From: an uncultured Candidatus Saccharibacteria bacterium
GTDB lineage: Bacteria; Patescibacteriota; Minisyncoccia; UBA6257; UBA11618
Length of the DNA stretch: 24,594 nucleotides
Direction: 5' to 3'
NCBI GenBank assembly: GCA_964432405.1
Contig: CAYSNH010000002.1
Coordinates: forward strand, 1 to 24,594
Within the stretch, counting starts at the first letter, position 1. Each line of letters starts with the position of its first letter. The notes under the pieces are model-generated. The model was not told the origin of the DNA. It did no database searches and saw only the letters and a program-made list of their open reading frames with translations. The translations under genes were made by a program, and so were the position numbers. Shown here piece after piece: positions 14,378-22,352 of this stretch.

Positions 14378-15412
14378 TTAGGCAATTACACCTCCCCCCA
14401 ACATCTGACCCTGGGCATCATAAAAAACAGCTGACTGACCAGGAGCGATAAATTTTTGAGGATCGGAGAAGATCAACTTGTTATTATTCAATAGGGCCTT
14501 AAACAAAGGTTGGCGGTAGCGTAAGCGAGCAAAGACAGTCTTCTGCTTCGGCTGATCTTTAATAAAGTGAAGATCTATCAGATCCACTTCGTCTTTAAAT
14601 AACTCCTCATTTTTATCCCCCTCTGCCACGGTTATAGTATTATCCCTAACACTCTTTTCAGAAATATAATGAGGTGTATTACTTAGCTCTCCTAAGCCCA
14701 AACCATGACGCTGACCGATAGTATAGAAATGAGCACCATTGTGCTGACCCACTTTTTCACCACTAGTATTTAAAACCACCCCTTTCTTGGCGGGAATATA
14801 ATCTTTCAAGAAATCAGCCAAGGAAACCTGCCCTAGAAAACAGATGCCTTGAGAATCCTTCTTTTCCGAGGTTAAGAGCTCATACTTTTGAGCCAGCTTT
14901 CTAACTTGCTCTTTGGTATAGTCACCTAGAGGAAAAAGGCAGTGTTGTAGTTGGTTTTGGGTAAGGGTCCAGAGAAAGTATGACTGATCTTTGTTCTTGT
15001 CTTTTGCCTGATATAAGCGACCGTCTTTCAACGCTACATAATGACCGGTAGCAATCTGGTCAGCTCCTAAAGATAAAGCTTTTTCTAGAAAGAGACCAAA
15101 CTTAATTTCCTTGTTACACATCACATCTGGGTTGGGTGTTAGACCTCGCTCATAACCATCAACCATATATTGAACCACCTTGTCTTTATACTCTTGTTCT
15201 AGATCAAAAACATAAAAAGGAATGTCTAACTGCTCTGCTACCCGACGAGCGTCTTCAGCATCCTTTATCCCGCAACCATCAATATTAAAACATTTGATAT
15301 GACAACCAACCACCTTAAAACCCCGCTTCTGTAAAAGAGCGGCGGTAACAGAACTATCAACGCCACCAGACAAGGCGACAAAGATGGTTTTCTTGTCATT
15401 GTTCATTGACAT
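14378..15412 (-). CDS. mnmA: tRNA-specific 2-thiouridylase MnmA
   Basis: PP-loop SGGVDSS, catalytic Cys contexts MCNKEIKF and DSQGICFLG. The ORF-track start at 15448 adds 12 residues. The ATG at 15412 (MSMNNDKKTIFVALSGG) is more typical. The 3' end overlaps the extended aspS ORF. Confidence 0.85.
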   Translation of the reverse strand: MSMNNDKKTIFVALSGGVDSSVTAALLQKRGFKVVGCHIKCFNIDGCGIKDAEDARRVAEQLDIPFYVFDLEQEYKDKVVQYMVDGYERGLTPNPDVMCNKEIKFGLFLEKALSLGADQIATGHYVALKDGRLYQAKDKNKDQSYFLWTLTQNQLQHCLFPLGDYTKEQVRKLAQKYELLTSEKKDSQGICFLGQVSLADFLKDYIPAKKGVVLNTSGEKVGQHNGAHFYTIGQRHGLGLGELSNTPHYISEKSVRDNTITVAEGDKNEELFKDEVDLIDLHFIKDQPKQKTVFARLRYRQPLFKALLNNNKLIFSDPQKFIAPGQSAVFYDAQGQMLGGGVIA

Positions 15413-15495
15413 ATTAGCTATATCAGGATAATGTAAATGTAGTACCATTTCAAGGTAGAGTGGGTCTGACTCTAGTTCAGAAAAGGAGTGCGATC

Positions 15496-15693
15496 ATGTC
15501 AGGGAATTCTTCTCGCCACTCAACAACGCAGCTAGTTAGTTGTTTCCAAGGACTTCTTCAGGATTATCATAATCTTGACCCAGGAAAGATCGAAGACTTT
15601 CTCAAAAAACATTCGGGGAACAAAGAATTGATGGCGCGCATCAAATTATTACAAAATTATTATAAAGCTCGTCAAGAACTTTACCCCTGCTAG
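15496..15693 (+). CDS. Small hypothetical protein (65 aa from the SD-preceded ATG)
   Basis: AAAGGAG lies 7 nt upstream of the ATG at 15496, inside the longer 15460 ORF. Own terminator follows. No recognisable domain. Confidence 0.5.
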   Translation: MSGNSSRHSTTQLVSCFQGLLQDYHNLDPGKIEDFLKKHSGNKELMARIKLLQNYYKARQELYPC

Positions 15694-15701
15694 CTCGCTC
15701 G

Positions 15702-15733
15702 AACCACTCTGTGCTGGGAAGAGTGGTTTTTTA
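15702..15733 (+). terminator. Rho-independent terminator
   Basis: AACCACTCT (15702..15710), 9-nt loop, AGAGTGGTT (15720..15728), then a T-run. Confidence 0.65.
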
Positions 15734-15749
15734 TTTAATAAATAAATTT

Positions 15750-16322
15750 ATGCTTTCATATACAGAATTAAAACCCGGAAGAGCAATCATTGTTGATGGA
15801 CAGCCTTATGAGGTTGTTGATTACTCCTTCTCCAAAATGCAACGTCAAAAGGGTGTGGTGCAATCAAAGATAAGAAACCTGATCAACGGGAAGATTTTGA
15901 GCAGGAGCATTCATTCTAATGAGAGTTTTGAAGAAGCTGAGATTAATAAAGTGGATGTTAAATATCTATACAATCATCGTGGTGAATATTGGTTTAGCGA
16001 ATTAGATGATCCTAGTAAACGATTTTCTTTAACAGAAGATATTATTGGTGAGACTGGCCGCTTTCTCAAAGGTAATGCGGTTGTAACGGCTATTATATTT
16101 AAAGAAGATATTATTAATATAAATATTCCTATTAAAATGGATTTAAAAGTTAAAAGCGCCCCACCAAGTGATAAGGGCGATACTGCTACAGGCGGTCGAA
16201 AACCGGTTATTTTAGAGACCGATGCCAAAGTCAATGTCCCTCTTTTTGTTAATACAGGAGATGTGATCCGAGTTAATACTGAAAGTGGTGAGTATGTGGA
16301 GCGAGTAGAGAAAGCTAACTAG
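15750..16322 (+). CDS. efp: Translation elongation factor P
   Basis: Aligns along its full length with EF-P (DGQPYEVVD, KYLYN, KGDTATGGRKP, VPLFVNTGDVIRVNTESGEYVERV). The ORF-track start at 15711 lies inside the upstream terminator, so the ATG at 15750 (MLSYTELKPG) is used. Confidence 0.9.
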   Translation: MLSYTELKPGRAIIVDGQPYEVVDYSFSKMQRQKGVVQSKIRNLINGKILSRSIHSNESFEEAEINKVDVKYLYNHRGEYWFSELDDPSKRFSLTEDIIGETGRFLKGNAVVTAIIFKEDIININIPIKMDLKVKSAPPSDKGDTATGGRKPVILETDAKVNVPLFVNTGDVIRVNTESGEYVERVEKAN

Positions 16323-17803
16323 CTATCCTCCGTCACCTTCTCCTCTGACTCCTCGTTGCTCTTTAAAGCACCTTCTAAGGCGCTCCTTAGGGCGTCGATG
16401 TTAACTTCAGCCTTTTTCTTCTTAGGGTACTGTTTAGGCCTCTCCTGGCTTCTTGGCTTTAGAGCTTCTTTAAGAGATTTTTCTCCTTTACGCCTAGTCT
16501 TTTCTTCAGCTGGACTACCCTCACTCAACCATTCCTTGGCTATTTTTTCTTCTACCTTTTCTTTAGCTACGCTATAACGACTCCGAGTATTTTCGATAAT
16601 AACATCTTTAAAATCTTTAGCTGGCTTAATGTGTGGAGCGATGGTTTTAGCGGCAAATGGTCGTGAAGCAACTCCATCGATCATAAGCTTTATATAAATG
16701 TGATATTTAGAAAGATTAACCAGATCATTAGCCTCGTATTCAGGCAAGAACTCTTTCTCTACAAACTCCGCATCATCAGCTCCAATTCGAAAAATTATCA
16801 TAGTGCCAACGTTACCAAAAATAGCTGAGCGGATAGTACTCTTACCCTCCTCATCTAACTGCCTTAAATACTGATTAGCTAATATTAAGGAAAGGCGATA
16901 TTTTCGAGCTTCAGAAAGAATGTTGGCAAAAGATTCCGTAGCAAAGTTTTGAAACTCATCAACATAAAGATGGAAATCTTTTCTTTCTTTTTCAGGCATA
17001 TCAACTCGAGACATAGCAGCTAACTGCAACTTGGTAATGATCATGGCACCTAACAAAGCAGAATTATCCTCTCCAATTTTTCCTTTGGATAGGTTGACGA
17101 TAAGAATCTTTCGCCCATCCATTATCTCTCTCATATTAATAGATGAATGAGATTGACCTAACATATTACGAACCAAAGGGTTGGAGGTAAGTTGACCAAC
17201 CTTGTTTTGAATAGCAGCGGTAGCTTCTGATTCAAAGCGCTGACTGTATTTAGAAAACTCATCAACCCAGAAACTCTTGATGACTGGGTCTTTTAAGTTA
17301 TCCACAATCTCTTTTCGATATTTAGGATTATTAAGCATTCGTAGAATTCCTAATAAAGTAGTGCCTGGATATTCCAAGAGGGCTAACAAGGTGTTATTCA
17401 AAATATATTTCATCCGCGCTGACCAAACATCAGCCCATATCTTTTCAAAAACTCCCATCATGCTAGAAGCTACCAAATGACGATAATCCTCCCCTACCTC
17501 TTCTAAAGGATTGAAAGCTATTGGAAACTTGGTATCGGAAGGATCTATATAAATAACATCATCCATTCTCTCTTCCGGAATAAAGCTTAAAATCTTTTCT
17601 GCTGAATCACCATGAGGATCGATAAAAGCCAAGCCCTCACCAGCTTGGATATCGTTGATGATCATATTTTCTAGCAACGTACTCTTACCAACCCCAGTTT
17701 TTCCAAGAACATAAATATGCCGACGACGATCATCGGTCTTAATACCAAAGTTTCGAGGCTGATTACGAAAAATAGTTTCGCCTAAAGTAGTAATATTTTC
17801 CAT
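16319..17803 (-). CDS. Type IV coupling protein-like P-loop ATPase (TrwB/TraD/VirD4 nucleotide-binding domain) without a transmembrane segment
   Basis: RRRHIYVLGKTGVGKSTLL (Walker A preceded by RH), then FIDPHGD about 20 aa later as in TrwB, Walker B FHLYVDEFQNF, and RKYRLSLILANQYLRQL (compare the GLQSxSQL region). No N-terminal TM. Charged disordered C-terminal tail. Confidence 0.7.
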   Translation of the reverse strand: MENITTLGETIFRNQPRNFGIKTDDRRRHIYVLGKTGVGKSTLLENMIINDIQAGEGLAFIDPHGDSAEKILSFIPEERMDDVIYIDPSDTKFPIAFNPLEEVGEDYRHLVASSMMGVFEKIWADVWSARMKYILNNTLLALLEYPGTTLLGILRMLNNPKYRKEIVDNLKDPVIKSFWVDEFSKYSQRFESEATAAIQNKVGQLTSNPLVRNMLGQSHSSINMREIMDGRKILIVNLSKGKIGEDNSALLGAMIITKLQLAAMSRVDMPEKERKDFHLYVDEFQNFATESFANILSEARKYRLSLILANQYLRQLDEEGKSTIRSAIFGNVGTMIIFRIGADDAEFVEKEFLPEYEANDLVNLSKYHIYIKLMIDGVASRPFAAKTIAPHIKPAKDFKDVIIENTRSRYSVAKEKVEEKIAKEWLSEGSPAEEKTRRKGEKSLKEALKPRSQERPKQYPKKKKAEVNIDALRSALEGALKSNEESEEKVTEDS

Positions 17804-17818
17804 TATTTTAATTATACA

Positions 17819-19021
17819 TTATTCGGTAGGAAGGTTGCTTGGTGGAGCACCTTTCTTGAACTCAACTGAACGAACATTAGGAGCTCCAACGGTAATACTA
17901 GGAAAGTGATATAAGGTTGCCAGCTCTTCAATGTTAAAGATGGAAAATTTAGGGCTGCTAGAACCGATATAACCCGGGAAGATACGGCTACGATAAGTAT
18001 TATATATACTTCTTTTTTTGTTATAGACCCTTCTCTTTTTGAAAATATCCCTAAAGATGCCCCGAGTGATAGTCATGGTATCTAGATTAGGCATAAAGCT
18101 GTTAAGATTCATCGTGTTTAAATGCTGAAAGGTGCCCATGACAGCTGCAATATGATCTCGACTAAAGTGATCCTTGTGATCAATGAAGACAAAACGAATA
18201 ACGCACTCAAAACCAATCTTAGCCGCCTTATCATCAATGCCAGCTACCACCTCTCGCTCTCCTTTACTTAACGCCACAAAGGAAGCCGACTCCTCTCCTT
18301 TATTTCGACCCATCAACTCATCTCTAACAGCCTCGGCCTTCTTTTTCCAACTGGAATCGGTAGGGCGAACTAGAATCTGAATCCAAATTCTCTCACCTTC
18401 CTTTAGGCGAGACATGGCTTCCATAAGGATAGCGACCGTATCTAATTTCTCCTCTTCACCTCTTGCCTCAGCTTCAAAAGAGGCGTAAGTTCGAAAAGGA
18501 TAGGCGCTGTCTTTAACTAAAACAAACTCGGTGCCAAATAGGTCATAGTTGTCGTTGGGTAAGACCTCAGGTAGATCATCAACGTAGTCATCAACCACCT
18601 CTATCTCAGAATTAGGATATTGAGCATAAATAGCTGACTCTATTAAATTACGAGCCCCTTTATCGATACGAATATAAAAATGAACGCCGCTAGAGTCACC
18701 TACTAATTCAAAAGAGCCCCAGCCCTCTTGCTTACCACCAAAATACTTATCTCTAAATTTAGCTCCAAAAGAATAGGTTTGATTAAATGCAGCAAAAATT
18801 TGCTCCATAGCCTTGGGTGTCTTTTGAATCTCTCTGGGTGGAGTAATTTTCAAAAGTACCCACTCGATACTTTCCAGGTTCTTTTTACGAACATGAAATA
18901 ACCAAGCAGAAAGAAATATTAAAAATAAGATGATTGGAACAAACAACCACCAAGTAACAGCAAAAACATCTCCAATTGACTGAGCAAAATCTGAAACTAT
19001 GTCACCAAATGAAAAAGTCAT
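17819..19021 (-). CDS. Membrane protein of unknown function, operon partner of the coupling-protein-like ATPase (400 aa)
   Basis: N-terminal TM region (VFAVTWWLFVPIILFLIFLSAWLF), then a roughly 340-aa soluble domain with no motif I recognise. Ends 15 nt upstream of the ATPase ATG. Confidence 0.65.
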   Translation of the reverse strand: MTFSFGDIVSDFAQSIGDVFAVTWWLFVPIILFLIFLSAWLFHVRKKNLESIEWVLLKITPPREIQKTPKAMEQIFAAFNQTYSFGAKFRDKYFGGKQEGWGSFELVGDSSGVHFYIRIDKGARNLIESAIYAQYPNSEIEVVDDYVDDLPEVLPNDNYDLFGTEFVLVKDSAYPFRTYASFEAEARGEEEKLDTVAILMEAMSRLKEGERIWIQILVRPTDSSWKKKAEAVRDELMGRNKGEESASFVALSKGEREVVAGIDDKAAKIGFECVIRFVFIDHKDHFSRDHIAAVMGTFQHLNTMNLNSFMPNLDTMTITRGIFRDIFKKRRVYNKKRSIYNTYRSRIFPGYIGSSSPKFSIFNIEELATLYHFPSITVGAPNVRSVEFKKGAPPSNLPTE

Positions 19022-19056
19022 ATTTCTATTTATAATAGCAAGTTTATTAAGTAATT

Positions 19057-19078
19057 AAAAAAGCCTAGTTTCCTAGGC
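19057..19078 (-). terminator. Rho-independent terminator overlapping the stop codon of the regulator gene
   Basis: Minus strand reads GCCTAG-GAAA-CTAGGC followed by T6. The TAG stop of the upstream gene lies in the 5' arm of the stem. Confidence 0.6.
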
Positions 19079-20113
19079 CTTCTTAATCATGTAGCGACCG
19101 TCATCAAGTCGTCTAAAGTAATTTCTGTCTTGCAAGTTAAGTAAGAGAGTATTTTCTTTGAACATTCTTTGTTCTAACACTAATTTGATAACTCCTCTTG
19201 ATTCTTGAGGACCGTGCTTACGAAGAATCTGAGAGATAACTTCTCGAGCTGTACCGGCCATAAGATTAAATTCTTTTAGACCGTAAGTTCCTCTACCCAC
19301 TAGTACAAACCTACCATCCTTAATCAATTCATTGTGAACTGTTTGTGGGTTGGTAATTTTGTTTTTTCTTAAAAGATTGATTTTGGTTGTAAGTTCGGTG
19401 AAATGCATTGGAGCATTCTTTTTCTTCAAAACTAGATAAGCCCAATCACGAGAGGTCTTAGGATTAATCTCTGTCCAACTAGAAAGACCAAAATCATTAT
19501 AAGCGTTATTAGCAAACTTTTTAGAAACAGCCACGTAGTTAAGAGCTAGATGACGAGGACAACCACAAGACTTAATAGTCTTAACAAATACATCATCAAA
19601 CTTATTATTAATAATAAGATCGTCTTTTTTATTTTTAATACTGGCTGATAGCTTGATAATTAGATCGTTAGCCTTTTTAATCTGGCTGTCATTAACGTAC
19701 CAGAAAGCGTGATAATCTTTGTTTTCAGACTGACGATTAAATACGCCTGAACTCTGCAAGATAAATTTAATTTTATTATTATAATTATTAGCTTTTTCAG
19801 AGCCAATAACCTTTTTTAGGTCCTCACAAAGAACAGCTTCTTTCTGAACACCACCTAATTTATTAAAATGCTTCTGAAGATCTTTTACCAAATCACTAAA
19901 ACTGCCACGCGCAAACTTGGCTCGAACGCTATTCAAGGCCAGTAACTCGACCTGACGAACTCGTTCACGAGTAATGCTATATTTTTCACCAATCTTGGCT
20001 AAAGTCATTGGTTTTGCTTGATTAAGACCAAAACGACTAGAAAGAATATCTTTCTGCCGACTAGTTAGATCGGCAACCAAGGTATTAATGAGTTTATCGA
20101 TTTGATATTTCAT
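19073..20113 (-). CDS. Sigma-70 region 4 plus HARE-HTH fusion protein (putative transcription factor, 346 aa)
   Basis: N-terminus LTSRQKDILSSRFGL...MTLAKIGEKYSITRERVRQVELLALNSVR matches RpoD region 4.2. C-terminus WAYLVLKKKNAPMHFTELTTKI...HNELIKDGRFVLVGRGTYGLKEF matches the HARE-HTH (RpoE/delta N-terminal-like) pattern. No sigma region 2 or 3. Confidence 0.65.
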   Translation of the reverse strand: MKYQIDKLINTLVADLTSRQKDILSSRFGLNQAKPMTLAKIGEKYSITRERVRQVELLALNSVRAKFARGSFSDLVKDLQKHFNKLGGVQKEAVLCEDLKKVIGSEKANNYNNKIKFILQSSGVFNRQSENKDYHAFWYVNDSQIKKANDLIIKLSASIKNKKDDLIINNKFDDVFVKTIKSCGCPRHLALNYVAVSKKFANNAYNDFGLSSWTEINPKTSRDWAYLVLKKKNAPMHFTELTTKINLLRKNKITNPQTVHNELIKDGRFVLVGRGTYGLKEFNLMAGTAREVISQILRKHGPQESRGVIKLVLEQRMFKENTLLLNLQDRNYFRRLDDGRYMIKKA

Positions 20114-20121
20114 TGCTTTAT

Positions 20122-20150
20122 AATATAACAGTACTATTAATTTTAGTCAA
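20122..20150 (-). promoter_or_regulatory. Sigma-70-like promoter abutting the regulator start codon
   Basis: Minus strand TTGACT (20150..20145), 17-nt spacer, TATATT (20127..20122). Only 8 nt separate the -10 box from the ATG at 20113, and there is no SD. Confidence 0.4.
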
Positions 20151-20157
20151 CCCCCCC

Positions 20158-21045
20158 CTATTCCTTTTGCCAGGCAACTATCAGCGAACTGGCTACGCAA
20201 ATAGAGGAGTAGGTTCCTATTAGAGTTCCTAACAAGATTATTAGAATAAAGTAACTTAATGAGGCTGGGCCCATCAGATACATGACTACCAAAATGAAGA
20301 TTAACGTCAAAGAAGTGTTTATGGATCGAGCTAGAGTCTGATTAACGCTCATGTTAACTAATTCCGCAAAAGACTGCCCCTTAGCTTGATCTCTAAGATT
20401 TTCTCTTGTTCTGTCTAGAACCACAATAGTATCGTGAACTGAAAATCCCATTACCACCAAAATAGCTACCACAAGATTAACCCCTACTTCAACTCCCTGT
20501 GTATAACCTAGGTATGCGGTAAGGCCGATGGGAATAAGAGCGTCGTGGAACAACGTCATCAAAGTTACCACTCCATACTTCCAGGAGCTAACTGGATAAG
20601 ATACTTTTCTGAAAACAAAAGCGATGTAGAGAGAGATGGTTAAGAGTACGAGAATAAAAGCCCAAATAGAATTAGACCTTAGCTCTTGTCCCACCACTGG
20701 ACCAATACTTTCAAAGCGTAGCTCCTCAATCTCACCAAACTCACCCTCTAATTTTTCTAGGTAGTTGTTGTGAACCGTCTCATTAGTTTCTGGTAGGCGG
20801 AGTAAAAAGCTTTTGGTAGTTGGCTCCTGGGTAACGGTAAATTCTTTAATATTAAAGTCAGATTTAATGAAGCTTCTCAAATCATCAATTGAAGCTTCTT
20901 GCTCTATTCTAACTTGCCATAAAGCACCTCCAGCAAAGTCGATTCCTTGCTTGAGACCAAAGACACCAATCAAAACAATGCTAGCAATAACTAATAGCGC
21001 TGATAGGCTGAGAAATATTTTTCTTTTTCCAATTATATTAAGCAT
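20158..21045 (-). CDS. secF: Protein translocase subunit SecF
   Basis: GIDFAGGALW motif, six-TM layout, overlaps the secD stop by 8 nt. Confidence 0.88.
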   Translation of the reverse strand: MLNIIGKRKIFLSLSALLVIASIVLIGVFGLKQGIDFAGGALWQVRIEQEASIDDLRSFIKSDFNIKEFTVTQEPTTKSFLLRLPETNETVHNNYLEKLEGEFGEIEELRFESIGPVVGQELRSNSIWAFILVLLTISLYIAFVFRKVSYPVSSWKYGVVTLMTLFHDALIPIGLTAYLGYTQGVEVGVNLVVAILVVMGFSVHDTIVVLDRTRENLRDQAKGQSFAELVNMSVNQTLARSINTSLTLIFILVVMYLMGPASLSYFILIILLGTLIGTYSSICVASSLIVAWQKE

Positions 21046-22282
21046 GGTCTTTAATAATAGTGTTTAGAAAACTGCGGGTAACGGTAATAGCGCTAAACAT
21101 ACTGACGATTACACCAATCAACAAGGCCAAGGCAAATCCTTGAACAAAGCCAGAGGTGAAGTAATAAAGAATGACGGCGGTAATAATGGTAGTTACATTA
21201 GAATCTCTAATTGATGGCCAGGCTCTCTTAAAGCCTTCACTAATAGCAGTAGCTTTAGAAAGTCCTTTTTTAATTTCTTCTCTAGTTCTCTCAAAGATTA
21301 AAATATTAGCATCAACCGCCATACCAATAGACAGGATGAATCCGGCGATACCAGACAAGGTTAAAGTGATGCCAAAAAGTTTAAAGATGCCAAGAGTGAT
21401 AGCTAAATAAACTAATAAAGCGAGCGAGGCAACAAATCCAAAGCCTCGGTAATAAAAGATCATAAATGCTATTAAGATCAAAGTTCCTATCAAACCAGCA
21501 TAAAGGGTTTTTTGTAATGAGTCGGCTCCCAAAGAAGCTCCGATAGTTTGTTGATTAATTAAATTAATAGGAGCAGGTAAGGCGCCAGCATTGAAACGCC
21601 CCACCAATTCTTTAGCTTCTTGAATGGTAAATTGACCAGTAATTTGAGCCTGACCGCCGATAATCTTTTCCTGAACCACAGGAGCGGTGATGAGGTTGTT
21701 ATCTAAAAATACGGCTACCGGTTTACCAACGTTCCTACCAGTTATATCAGCAAATAACTGACTACCCTCTTTATTAAAAGAAAGACTTATCTGAGGTGAA
21801 CGAGTAACTTGATCAAAGGTTAATTGAGCGCCACTAATATAACGACCAGTTAATTCAGTGGGGGTAAACTGCAATTCACCACCTTCTTCAGTTGGAGCTC
21901 CTGATTCTGCAAAATAAAGTAAAGGAGTAAGGCCGATCTGTTTAATAGCCTCCTTAACATCTTTAACGCCAGCTAACTCAACAATTAATCGTTGAGAATC
22001 GCCACTCTTAGCTAAATAAACCTGAGGCTCACTAACACCAAAAAGGTTAACTCTTTTTTCAATAACGTCTCGTAGGCCATCAAGAACTATAGACTGGTCC
22101 GGCTCTTTAACCTTAGAGAGATCAACTTCATAAACCAAGTGACTGCCACCAATCAAATCAAGGCCTAAACGCCATTTTTGAAATTCAAATCGTTGATCAA
22201 ACCCTTGGGGCAAAATAAAGAATCCGGCCAAGAGGGTTATTAGTACGATTATTATTGAGTAAATAAATGCTTTTGATTGCAT
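21038..22282 (-). CDS. secD: Protein translocase subunit SecD
   Basis: LGLDLIGGSHLVYEV motif, periplasmic P1-type domain, C-terminal RND-like TM bundle, followed by secF. Confidence 0.88.
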   Translation of the reverse strand: MQSKAFIYSIIIVLITLLAGFFILPQGFDQRFEFQKWRLGLDLIGGSHLVYEVDLSKVKEPDQSIVLDGLRDVIEKRVNLFGVSEPQVYLAKSGDSQRLIVELAGVKDVKEAIKQIGLTPLLYFAESGAPTEEGGELQFTPTELTGRYISGAQLTFDQVTRSPQISLSFNKEGSQLFADITGRNVGKPVAVFLDNNLITAPVVQEKIIGGQAQITGQFTIQEAKELVGRFNAGALPAPINLINQQTIGASLGADSLQKTLYAGLIGTLILIAFMIFYYRGFGFVASLALLVYLAITLGIFKLFGITLTLSGIAGFILSIGMAVDANILIFERTREEIKKGLSKATAISEGFKRAWPSIRDSNVTTIITAVILYYFTSGFVQGFALALLIGVIVSMFSAITVTRSFLNTIIKDHA

Positions 22283-22312
22283 GAATTAAGTAATTTAGAA
22301 AATATCACGTTC

Positions 22313-22340
22313 TTGATTTAAATGCAACTTCTGCTATTAT
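22313..22340 (+). promoter_or_regulatory. Sigma-70-like promoter for tRNA-Lys
   Basis: TTGATT (22313..22318), 16-nt spacer, TATTAT (22335..22340), 12 nt upstream of the tRNA 5' end. Confidence 0.45.
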
Positions 22341-22352
22341 ACATCTACATAG

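Noticed and set aside
15406-15434. Plus-strand promoter for the small 15496 gene (TTGACA at 15406..15411)
   Set aside because: The -35 hexamer is perfect, but the best -10 candidates are TAATGT (17-nt spacer, 3 of 6 matches) or GATAAT (15-nt spacer). This is too ambiguous to call as a feature.
15711-15749. N-terminal extension of efp in the ORF track (GTG start at 15711)
   Set aside because: The extension begins inside the loop of the upstream terminator hairpin (15702..15733). EF-P homology begins at the ATG at 15750.
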